This document shows positions 8,121 through 16,189 of a stretch of DNA of 24,000 bases, in pieces. A program made the translations under genes and the position numbers. Source of the stretch: Nitrososphaerales archaeon (GTDB lineage: Archaea > Thermoproteota > Nitrososphaeria > Nitrososphaerales > CADDZS01); the NCBI GenBank assembly GCA_030036955.1, contig JASHSF010000070.1, forward strand, positions 1 through 24,000. The letters run 5' to 3'. The notes under the pieces are model-generated. The model worked only from the letters and a program-made list of their open reading frames with translations, was not told the origin of the DNA and ran no database searches. The first letter of the stretch is position 1, and each line of letters opens with the position of its first letter.

Positions 8121-8138
8121 CTGATCAAAGTTGATCAG
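8121..8138. promoter_or_regulatory. perfect 8-2-8 inverted repeat CTGATCAA-AG-TTGATCAG in the divergent control region
   Basis: Read directly from the sequence. It lies in the 212-nt intergenic region between the divergently transcribed CMD gene and the coxL-like gene. Confidence 0.35.
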
Positions 8139-8217
8139 CGAACAGTCCTGATAAAAGTTAAGGACTTAAACTACAATAATGACTGACCTTCCTAAACAAA
8201 TTTCGGAAATAGTATCT

Positions 8218-8225
8218 CTTAAAAC
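8218..8225 (+). promoter_or_regulatory. weak TATA-like box for the coxL-like gene
   Basis: CTTAAAAC is centred about 31 nt upstream of TTG 8253. A similar CTTAAAC box lies at 1331..1337, upstream of coxM. Confidence 0.3.
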
Positions 8226-8235
8226 GAGTCTCCAA

Positions 8236-8241
8236 AAAGTG
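8236..8241 (+). promoter_or_regulatory. AAAGTG element between the TATA box and the start of the coxL-like gene
   Basis: Exact hexamer shared with the permease 2 promoter, and with the permease 1 and coxM promoters in reverse complement. Confidence 0.3.
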
Positions 8242-8252
8242 CAAATCAAAAA

Positions 8253-10622
8253 TTGTCAATGAAGCTAGTTGGTCAGCCCCTCAAGAGGATCGAGGATCCC
8301 AGGCTTCTTGCCGGAGCAGGATCTTATCTCGAAGATCTGAAAGAGTCGAAAATGGTATTCGCCGAATTCGTGCGCAGCACCTATCCTCACGCAAAAATTA
8401 AGAGCGTTGATACATCCAAAGTCGAAAATGTCGTGGGGTTCGTCGCAATTTTTACTTGGAAGGATTTCGAGGGAAAAGTCAATCAACTTCCGATACCTGA
8501 GGAGCACAAGGCACCGATTCCTGAAATCTTCTGCCTTGCAAAAGACAAAGTTCGATTCGTAGGAGAGCCAGTTGCACTCATTCTAGCCGAAGAACGATAC
8601 TTGGCAGAAGATCTTGTGTCTCTTGTTGAAATTGATTATGAACCACTTGAAGCGGTTGTAGACCCTGAGAAGTCGCTCGATCCAAATTCGATAAAGCTCT
8701 ACGATAGTTGGGAAAGCAACATTCTGAAGCAAGCCGAGATAAAAGGCGGCGACGTCGACGAGGCATTTTCAGAAGCCGATGTTATCGTCAGCGAGAAAAT
8801 CAAGACCCATCGACATACTGCAGCTCCGATCGAGAACCGCGCGGTAATGGCGCGTTACGACCCAATCGAGCGAAAGCTCAGCGTCTGGAGCCAGGTGCAG
8901 TTTCCCCACGTTGGCAGGACCTTGTTTGCGAAGATACTTGGAATGGATGAGGATAAAGTTCGCTTTAGGATGCCTGATGTCGGGGGCGCTTTTGGGCTGA
9001 AGGGTCACATTTTCCCCGAGGATGTTGCTGTTTGCGCTGCGTCGCGTCTTCTTCCGGGAATCGCAATAAAATGGATTGAAAAAAGAACCGAGGATATTTC
9101 ATTTTCTGTCCAAGAGCGGGAGCAGATCCACTACGTGAAGGTTGCGGCAAGGAAAGACGGGACAATACTTGGCGTCAAGGACAAAATGATCGCCGACATG
9201 GGCGCGTACGGCGCGTCGCCGTGGGGCGGACTCACCTTCACGATGATTACTGGAGCTTTTCTTCCCGGACCCTACCGCTTCAAAGACTACCACTTTGAGC
9301 ACTATGCTGTTCTGACAAACAAGACTCCAATGGGATCTGTTCGCGGACCTGGGATGTTTTCTGCTAATTTCGTGATGGAAAAAATGCTCGACATTCTCGC
9401 GCACAAACTGGAGCTTGATCCGTACGAAGTAAGGATGAAGAACCTGATCCGAGACGACGAATTTCCATTCACGACCTCTACTGCACTAGTCTATGACAAA
9501 TGCAGCCTCACGGAATCGCTCGAGAAAGGAGCAAAGCTGGTGGATTACGACAAGCTCAAAAAAGAACACGAAGCTCTTCGCCGTAAAGGAGTCTACCGAG
9601 GAATAGGAATTGCCTCGCTGATAGAAATCGGCGGGATCGGCTCAGAAATCCTAGGTCCCGCCGGGTCCGTGACTCTTGGGTACGAGGTTGCAACGGTTCG
9701 CGTGGAACCCGACGGTACTGTCAAGGTTCTGACCGGCCTAGCGCCGCACGGACAGAGTTCCGAAACGACGATTGCACAAGCAGTTTCGGACGAACTTAAG
9801 GTACCGCTGGACAAAATCCGAGTGATTTACGGCGATACCGATGTCATTCCTTACGGGCACGGAACCTGGGGCTCCCGTGGCGCTCCTCTTGGAATCAGCG
9901 CGGCCATAGTTGCTGCGGAGAGAACGCGGGAAAAAGCAAAGAAAATTGCGGCGCACACTCTTGAAGCTCGCTACGATGACATCGAGTTGTTTGAAAACGG
10001 AATTTTCTCTGTCAAAGGCACTCCTCCGGATATGAGATCCTCTCGATTCGGCATTACACTTGCACAAATCGCAAACACCGCTTTGCGAAGACCGGACAAA
10101 CTTCCAAAAGGAATGGAACCGGGCCTTGAAGTAACGATGTACTACGAGCCTAGTACTCCAGCGACTTGGAGCAACGCGATGACCTTTTGCGAGGTTGAAG
10201 TAGACGTCGAAACGGGAAAATTCAAGATCTTGAGATTTCTCGTAGTGGAAGATTGCGGCAAAATAATCAATCCAAACGTGGTAGATGGGCAGGTGCACGG
10301 GGGCATAGCAGAGGGACTCGGAGGCGCTATCTTTGAAGAGATACCGTATTCTGCTGACGGGCAGCCTCTTAGCTCGAATTTCCTCGATTACCTGCTACCC
10401 TCTGCGGTAGAAACCCCCGACATACACGTCTCCCATATCGAAACTCTGTCAGAGCAAAATCCATCCCAAACGAAAGGACTGGGCGAAGGAGGCACCATAG
10501 TTTCTCCCGCGACCGTTGCAAATGCCGTTGAGGATGCATTGACTCCTTTCAGCGTCAAGATCAGGGAATTACCATTAAAGCCAGAGCTGATTCTGAAAGC
10601 AATCAAGGAAGCTGGTCAGTAG
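8253..10622 (+). CDS. molybdopterin hydroxylase large subunit, CoxL-like clade (not a bona fide CO dehydrogenase)
   Basis: 789 aa. N-terminal VGQPLKRIEDPRLLAGAGSYLEDL is typical of CoxL-like proteins. The Mo-cofactor motif is VGGAFGLKG and the catalytic Glu context is KGLGEGG. The start is TTG 8253 or ATG 8259. The active-site loop reads GSVRGPGM rather than the CODH signatures. Confidence 0.9.
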   Translation: MSMKLVGQPLKRIEDPRLLAGAGSYLEDLKESKMVFAEFVRSTYPHAKIKSVDTSKVENVVGFVAIFTWKDFEGKVNQLPIPEEHKAPIPEIFCLAKDKVRFVGEPVALILAEERYLAEDLVSLVEIDYEPLEAVVDPEKSLDPNSIKLYDSWESNILKQAEIKGGDVDEAFSEADVIVSEKIKTHRHTAAPIENRAVMARYDPIERKLSVWSQVQFPHVGRTLFAKILGMDEDKVRFRMPDVGGAFGLKGHIFPEDVAVCAASRLLPGIAIKWIEKRTEDISFSVQEREQIHYVKVAARKDGTILGVKDKMIADMGAYGASPWGGLTFTMITGAFLPGPYRFKDYHFEHYAVLTNKTPMGSVRGPGMFSANFVMEKMLDILAHKLELDPYEVRMKNLIRDDEFPFTTSTALVYDKCSLTESLEKGAKLVDYDKLKKEHEALRRKGVYRGIGIASLIEIGGIGSEILGPAGSVTLGYEVATVRVEPDGTVKVLTGLAPHGQSSETTIAQAVSDELKVPLDKIRVIYGDTDVIPYGHGTWGSRGAPLGISAAIVAAERTREKAKKIAAHTLEARYDDIELFENGIFSVKGTPPDMRSSRFGITLAQIANTALRRPDKLPKGMEPGLEVTMYYEPSTPATWSNAMTFCEVEVDVETGKFKILRFLVVEDCGKIINPNVVDGQVHGGIAEGLGGAIFEEIPYSADGQPLSSNFLDYLLPSAVETPDIHVSHIETLSEQNPSQTKGLGEGGTIVSPATVANAVEDALTPFSVKIRELPLKPELILKAIKEAGQ

Positions 10623-10623
10623 A

Positions 10624-11772
10624 ATGGAAAGTAATCAGGCCATTAACAAATTCAACCCTGCGAGAAAGGGAATAAAGCTCCTTATGACTGCGGGACCCGT
10701 GGAGGTTTCACCAAGGGTGCTTGCTGCGCTCGCCGAACCCTCAATTTATCACTACTATAGTGGGTTCATTGACTTTTTTGAAGAAACAACGAAAAAACTC
10801 TCTCGAGTATTTAGGGCGAACCCCGAAAGACAGGATACTTTCATTCTCCAGGGCGAGGGAGTTCTTGGGCTGGAGGCGGCAGTTGTCTGCACCGTAAACC
10901 CCGGAGACAAAGTGCTGGTCTTCGAAAACGGGCCTTTTGGCAAGTGGTTCGGGGATTATGTTGTGAATGCCGGAGGCAAACCCGTATATTTTCACGAAGA
11001 ACCAAACAAGTGTTTTGACATTGAATCTTCACTAGATTTCATCGAAAAGAACCGAGACGCGACTGCCCTAACCATTGTCCATTGCGAAACCCCTGCGGGT
11101 TTGCTCAACCCACTTCGGGAGATCTGTAATAAAGCGAAAAGTTTGGGGATTCTCACAATCGTCGACTGCGTCGCGTCGCTAGGCGGAGCTGAGTTCGATC
11201 CCGACGGGTGGGGAATAGATATCTCAGTTAGCGCGTCTCAAAAATGCCTTTCTTCTACCGCTGGACTCACACCCATGACTGTTAGCAAGTTCGCATGGGA
11301 AAAAATTGAGAACCAAAAAAAGCCGCTGAGAATATCATACTTGTCTCTCCTCGACTGGAGAGACAGTTGGGTAAAATCGAAAAAATTTCCGTTTACTCCA
11401 TTCACAAATGAAGTCTACGGTCTATCTGCGGCACTTGATGACATACTGGAGGAAGGTCTTGACAGTGTCATCAAGAGGCACAAAGAAATGTCTCAGCTTG
11501 TAAGGGATCGGGGCCGTGAAATGGGACTGAAGCTCTGGCCGCTCGAAGAACGGTTTTGTTCCCCCACCGTGACGACGTTTTCTCTGCCCGGCAACATGGA
11601 AGAAGCGGACATTATTCGAAAAATGGCAGACCGTCACGGAATACTGATTGGCGGTGGTTACAGGGAACTGAAAGGCAAGCTGGTTAGAATTGGGCACATG
11701 GGATACCAAGCGCACTATCCTTTCGTTTCAGCAACTATGGACGCCCTAGAAGATATTTTAGGCAAAAACTGA
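10624..11772 (+). CDS. class-V PLP aminotransferase (alanine-glyoxylate / serine-pyruvate aminotransferase family)
   Basis: 382 aa. The PLP-lysine block is SVSASQKCL and the Asp block is TIVDCVASLGG. The ATG lies 1 nt after the TAG stop of the upstream coxL-like gene. Confidence 0.85.
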   Translation: MESNQAINKFNPARKGIKLLMTAGPVEVSPRVLAALAEPSIYHYYSGFIDFFEETTKKLSRVFRANPERQDTFILQGEGVLGLEAAVVCTVNPGDKVLVFENGPFGKWFGDYVVNAGGKPVYFHEEPNKCFDIESSLDFIEKNRDATALTIVHCETPAGLLNPLREICNKAKSLGILTIVDCVASLGGAEFDPDGWGIDISVSASQKCLSSTAGLTPMTVSKFAWEKIENQKKPLRISYLSLLDWRDSWVKSKKFPFTPFTNEVYGLSAALDDILEEGLDSVIKRHKEMSQLVRDRGREMGLKLWPLEERFCSPTVTTFSLPGNMEEADIIRKMADRHGILIGGGYRELKGKLVRIGHMGYQAHYPFVSATMDALEDILGKN

Positions 11773-11779
11773 CAGGGCT

Positions 11780-12157
11780 TCAAGCATCTTTGGTCTTCGG
11801 ATAATTCGGCGAAGAAAAGTAAAACACCATCACTATGTCTTCACTCCCGTCGTTCCTTACTCCGTGAGGAGTTCCGGGAGGTATGTAGAGAGAATCTCCT
11901 GCCTTGAAGGCGTGCGTTTTATTTCCAACCGTAATCTTGCCGGAGCCGGAAACGACGTACGCGATCTCTTCAGCCTCGACGTGTATCTTTTGTTTTGTAT
12001 CTGCTCCCGCTTTGAAAACAGAGTACCCCATCATGTTCTTGTTTATTTTCGCAGTTGAATTCGTAACCAGGAGGCTCGAAAAGCTTCCCCCGCCGAGCTC
12101 AACCTTTTCTCCCTTGTTAAACGGAACTACAACTACATCCGATTTTTCTCGAGACAA
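11780..12157 (-). CDS. single-domain cupin protein
   Basis: 125 aa. Cupin motif 2, GDSLYIPPGTPHGVRN, is canonical. Motif 1, GADTKQKIHVEAEEIAYVVSG, has canonical spacing but Lys at the first His position. TTG start. The gene lies 32 nt downstream of the ALDH gene. Confidence 0.75.
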   Translation of the reverse strand: MSREKSDVVVVPFNKGEKVELGGGSFSSLLVTNSTAKINKNMMGYSVFKAGADTKQKIHVEAEEIAYVVSGSGKITVGNKTHAFKAGDSLYIPPGTPHGVRNDGSEDIVMVFYFSSPNYPKTKDA

Positions 12158-12189
12158 TGAAAAATCATCCAGTTTCGATTCTACGAACT

Positions 12190-13623
12190 CTAGCCCATTA
12201 TAACGGTCTTTGTTTCCGTGTACGATTCGAGTCCTTCTATTCCGTATTCTCTTCCAATTCCACTTTGTTTGAAGCCTCCCATCGGAACTTCAATCTCCCA
12301 GCCTCCGGCTCCGTAGAGCGAATTGATTAAGACCGTTCCCGCCTCCAGCTCCTGTGCTGCTTTCTTGGCTCTCCCAAGGTCTTTCGTCCAAACAGAAGCG
12401 CCAAGACCGTAAATTGAGTCATTGGCTTGTTCGATTGCCTCATCCATTGAGGCGACAGTGATGATCGGCAAAGCAGGTCCAAAGCATTCTTCCGAAACCA
12501 ACCTTGAGTTTTCATCGACATTTGTCACAAGGGTGGGGAGGTAAAAGAAGCCATTTGACAGATCAGGATCATCCGGCCGATGCCCGCCAGTGATCAGCTC
12601 CCCCCCTCTTTCCAGCGTTTCGGAGACTTGCGATGATACTTTCTGTAGTTGATTTTTGCTGTGGAGAGGGCCCATCGTTGTCTCTGGCTTCATGCCATCG
12701 CCGACTACAATCGCTTGAGCTTTTTCTTTCAATTTTTCTACGAATTTTGAAGCGATCTGCTCAAAAACGTAAGCTCTCTTTACGCACATGCAACCCTGGC
12801 CGCAGTTTCGAAACCTTCCGTTTAGGGCAGCTCCGATTGCCGCGTCCAGGTCGGCGTCATCTGAGACAATTATTGGATTGGAACCTCCGAGCTCAAGAGT
12901 CACCCTCTTCAGCTGTCGCGACGCAAGCTCCATTATCCTCTTGCCTGTAGCAGTTTCTCCGGTGAACGAGACCTTTCTGGTCTTAGGATTTGTCACGAGT
13001 TCTTCTCCAACAGTTTCGCCTGGACCCGTAACGTAATTCAGCAAACCTTTGGGTAGGCCCGCCTTTGAAAAAAGTTCGGCTACTTTCAATGTAGAGAGAG
13101 GTGTTGTACTGGCGGGCTTGACGACAATCGAATTTCCTGCGGCGAGCGAAGCAGAAACCTTTGCACCCATGAGCAGTATTGGATTGTTCCATGGGACTAT
13201 TCCTGCAACGACTCCCACAGGATCTTTTTCAACCATTGCAATTTTACTCGAGTCTGAGATTCTAACCTGAGAACCTCGCACTTTCATACCCGCGTAATAC
13301 TCGAGGGTATGTGCAAAAAATTTGATCTCTCCTCGAGATTCGAGAAGCGTCTTCCCCTGCTCTAGAGTCATTATGGTTGCTAGCTCAGTTTCGCTTTGCC
13401 GAACAAGCTCTGACGTAACTTGCAAGATGCGCGGGATGTTGCTGGGCGATTTCTTCTCGCGATTTAGAGCCTCATAGGCATAGTCTATCGCTGCTCTGGT
13501 GTCTTCGACGCTTCCTTTTGAAACGGAGTCAACTTTTGTACCGTTCGCCGGATTTCTAACATCGTATGTTTCTCTAGTCGAGGACTCTGTAAATTCGCCG
13601 TTCACAAAGAGCTTGTATGTCAA
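12190..13623 (-). CDS. NAD(P)+-dependent aldehyde dehydrogenase
   Basis: 477 aa. The catalytic Glu block is LELGGSNP, the catalytic Cys block is FRNCGQGCMCVKR, and VSFTGETATG is present. TTG start directly before the conserved KLFVNGEF. Confidence 0.9.
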   Translation of the reverse strand: MTYKLFVNGEFTESSTRETYDVRNPANGTKVDSVSKGSVEDTRAAIDYAYEALNREKKSPSNIPRILQVTSELVRQSETELATIMTLEQGKTLLESRGEIKFFAHTLEYYAGMKVRGSQVRISDSSKIAMVEKDPVGVVAGIVPWNNPILLMGAKVSASLAAGNSIVVKPASTTPLSTLKVAELFSKAGLPKGLLNYVTGPGETVGEELVTNPKTRKVSFTGETATGKRIMELASRQLKRVTLELGGSNPIIVSDDADLDAAIGAALNGRFRNCGQGCMCVKRAYVFEQIASKFVEKLKEKAQAIVVGDGMKPETTMGPLHSKNQLQKVSSQVSETLERGGELITGGHRPDDPDLSNGFFYLPTLVTNVDENSRLVSEECFGPALPIITVASMDEAIEQANDSIYGLGASVWTKDLGRAKKAAQELEAGTVLINSLYGAGGWEIEVPMGGFKQSGIGREYGIEGLESYTETKTVIMG

Positions 13624-13659
13624 TGTAATGAAACACTTCTAAAATGGAAATGAAAATAT

Positions 13660-16050
13660 CTACCTTTGTTTTGATGATAGGTCGCCGATCGCCACGAGAA
13701 TCTTTTCCGGCGTAATAGGAAGATCCTTTATTCTTATGCCCATGGCGTCGTAAACGGCATTGGCGAGCGCGGGTGCAACTGGGCTTATTGGAGCTTCGCC
13801 GCATCCGCGGGCTCCGAACGGCCCGTCGGGGTTGTAGTTTTCAAGAATTATCGACTTTATAGGGAAATATTCCATGATGCTTTGCAATTTGTAATCCTTG
13901 AGATCTGGGTTCAAGACTCTCCCGTTCACGAGGACCATCTCCTCATTCATGGCCCCGTTCAATCCCATACTTATTGCTCCTTCGTTCTGTCCGAGGACGT
14001 TCATCGGGTTGATTGCCTTCCCGACGTCGAGCGCTCCGATGTACTCCAAGACGAGTATTCTGCCTGTCTCAAGGTTCACTGCAACTCGAGCTGCTTGCGC
14101 AACGGGAGTATAGTAAGCGGCAGCGCGATCCGTCGAGCACTGCCCCGTTTCGGGATCTAGGTCACCAGTCTTGGGTAGCCAGAAAGCTTGACCGATAATT
14201 GTTCCTTCTCCGGGGATGAACGCACCGCCCATGGGACCAGGTGAGAAGAGATCTTTGTATTCTAGAAATCCGCCGCTTGATTTTGAAACGATCCCAGGCG
14301 CATTTTGTCGAATTTCAAAAGCCACATCGCTCTTTTCCACTCCAAGCTTTTTCGAGGCTGTAAGCATCATTTTCTCCTTTAGATTTTCACAGGCAAGCTT
14401 GACAGCCATGCCCATCTGTGAAGTTTGCCTACTTCCTGAAGCGCCCGTTCCGACGGGGGTCAGAGCAGTATCAGAGAGGACAAGACGTACTTTTTCAATT
14501 CCAATCAGCAAGACTTCCGCAGCTATCTGAGACAAAACAGTGTGGATTCCTTCGCCGGGATCTGTCGCCGAAGTCCAAATCTCGACCGACCCATCTTCCA
14601 AGAGCTTTGCGTAAGCAATGCTGGGAAAGGACACGTCGCACTGCTCTTTTGAAATGGCATAGCCGGTGCCGTACTTCCACTTTCCTTGAATCTGTGGAAA
14701 GGAACTATTCTTTGCATCCTGAACCACTCGATCGATGCATTCTCTGATTGTGACGTTCCTTAGCTTCTCGCCGAGTGCGCTCGTTCCTCCTTCTTCGATC
14801 AGATTCTTTTTCCGAAATTCAATCGGATCAAGGTGGAGCTCCCTTGCGCAGATATCCATCTGCGACTCTACCGCAAAAACAGCCTGCGGCGATCCAAAAC
14901 CACGAAACGCCCCGCCCTGCACCTGGTTTGTGTAAACTCTGTAAATGTCTGCTTTCAAGCTCGGGAGTTTATACACGCTAGTTATTGCATGTGCGCAGTT
15001 CTTGTTTACCACGTTTCCAGCAAGCGAATAAGCGCCTCCATTGTAGATCACCTTCATCTGGCGTCCGAGTATCGTCCCGTCTCGCTTGAGGGCGTCCTTG
15101 ATGTAAGTTATGGAAGGATGTCTCACGCTTGTTGCTCCGAACACTTCGTCCCGGGTGAGAATCATCTTTACTGGTCTTCTCGTTTTCTGGGCAAGGCACG
15201 CCACGATTGGCTCTATATGACCCGCCCCCTTGTTGCCAAAACCTCCCCCAACATGCCTCATCGCGATGACGCGTATTTTGGTTTCTGGTACTTTTAGGGC
15301 ATCGCTAAGTTCCCTTCTTGTTCTGTAAGTATTCTGTCCGGACGTCCACAGCGTGAAGGAACCGTCGGGCTCGTATCTAGATAGAACTGCAATCGGTTCA
15401 ATGTGCGCGTGCTGAACCATGTGCGTGGAGAAACGATTTTCTACAATAAGGTCAGCTTCGCGGAAAGCTTTGTCGACGTCGCCCCGCCGGATTTTGAAAT
15501 AATTTGTAATGTTAGGTCGGGTGGGATCCGCGACAGTTTTGTACATTTGAGCCTTGAGTCGCTTGTACTTTCCAATGTCGGGGTGAATTACGACCTTGGG
15601 ATTTTGCTTCAGCGATTCCTCAGGATCGAACAGTGCCGGGAGCTCTTTGTATTCAACTTCAATCAGGTCCGAAGCTTCCTCGGCTGCGTCAAGGCTTTCC
15701 GCGGCTATCGCTGCGATTGGTTCTCCAACGTAGCGCACTTTGCCCCTTGCGAGGATCGGCATGTCGAGTAATCCCCTTCCGCGCAAACCATCCGGAACGT
15801 CAGCGCCGGTTAAAATCGCGTAAACGCCTGGGACCTCTAGAGCTCGCTCAACGTTGATCGAAACAATTTCGGCGTGCGCGAACCTTGATCTGTGAATCTT
15901 CCCATGCAGCATCCGTGGGAGCTCCATATCATAGGCGAATATCGCTTTGCCGGTAACTTTTTCGAAGCCATCGACCCGAGCAACTTGTTTGCCTACGACT
16001 CGAAGCTCTTCCTTGCTTTCTCGTTCGAGCTGAACTGTTTGTTGAGCCAA
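13660..16050 (-). CDS. molybdopterin hydroxylase large subunit, xanthine dehydrogenase / aldehyde oxidoreductase clade
   Basis: 796 aa. Motifs present: VGKQVARVDGFEKVTGKAIFAYD, HVGGGFGNKG, GGAFRGFGSPQ and the catalytic Glu context GARGCGEAP. TTG start, with no in-frame ATG or GTG upstream of the conserved N-terminal block. Confidence 0.9.
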   Translation of the reverse strand: MAQQTVQLERESKEELRVVGKQVARVDGFEKVTGKAIFAYDMELPRMLHGKIHRSRFAHAEIVSINVERALEVPGVYAILTGADVPDGLRGRGLLDMPILARGKVRYVGEPIAAIAAESLDAAEEASDLIEVEYKELPALFDPEESLKQNPKVVIHPDIGKYKRLKAQMYKTVADPTRPNITNYFKIRRGDVDKAFREADLIVENRFSTHMVQHAHIEPIAVLSRYEPDGSFTLWTSGQNTYRTRRELSDALKVPETKIRVIAMRHVGGGFGNKGAGHIEPIVACLAQKTRRPVKMILTRDEVFGATSVRHPSITYIKDALKRDGTILGRQMKVIYNGGAYSLAGNVVNKNCAHAITSVYKLPSLKADIYRVYTNQVQGGAFRGFGSPQAVFAVESQMDICARELHLDPIEFRKKNLIEEGGTSALGEKLRNVTIRECIDRVVQDAKNSSFPQIQGKWKYGTGYAISKEQCDVSFPSIAYAKLLEDGSVEIWTSATDPGEGIHTVLSQIAAEVLLIGIEKVRLVLSDTALTPVGTGASGSRQTSQMGMAVKLACENLKEKMMLTASKKLGVEKSDVAFEIRQNAPGIVSKSSGGFLEYKDLFSPGPMGGAFIPGEGTIIGQAFWLPKTGDLDPETGQCSTDRAAAYYTPVAQAARVAVNLETGRILVLEYIGALDVGKAINPMNVLGQNEGAISMGLNGAMNEEMVLVNGRVLNPDLKDYKLQSIMEYFPIKSIILENYNPDGPFGARGCGEAPISPVAPALANAVYDAMGIRIKDLPITPEKILVAIGDLSSKQR

Positions 16051-16079
16051 GCTTTGAATTTCAGATCCGATTGGCAGTC

Positions 16080-16086
16080 ATATTAT
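16080..16086 (-). promoter_or_regulatory. TATA-like box for the XDH/AOR-ALDH-cupin operon
   Basis: ATATTAT (minus-strand ATAATAT) is centred about 33 nt upstream of TTG 16050. Confidence 0.3.
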
Positions 16087-16189
16087 CCTACGAATTGTTT
16101 TTCATCTTATCCCCCCGAGTTTGAGATCACAAATATCTTTATTCGCTGTTTGGGGTATTCACATGCGTTCGATCCGGGGGCAACCGTAG

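Noticed and set aside
8121-8195. Possible C/D-box sRNA (UGAUCA, CUGA and AUGACUGA-like boxes) in the 212-nt intergenic region
   Set aside because: The box sequences are imperfect. The spacing of C, D', C' and D does not fit the 12-nt guide architecture.
9738-10298. 186-aa minus-strand ORF antisense to the coxL-like gene. Similar shadow ORFs occur at 5738..6196, 14833..15297, 4614..5039, 473..739, 3758..4075, 7615..7974 and 15403..15771.
   Set aside because: All lie entirely within strongly supported CDS on the opposite strand or in another frame. They have Arg/Ser/Cys-rich low-complexity translations with no recognisable motifs. They are typical shadow ORFs.
1358-10622. Annotating the coxM/coxS/coxL-like genes as aerobic carbon monoxide dehydrogenase
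   Set aside because: The large subunit lacks the CODH active-site signature (VAYRCSFR, as I recall it). It also lacks the form-II AYRGAGR loop. No coxDEFG accessory genes are present, and the L gene is 5.4 kb from the M/S genes. Only a generic molybdopterin hydroxylase call is supportable.
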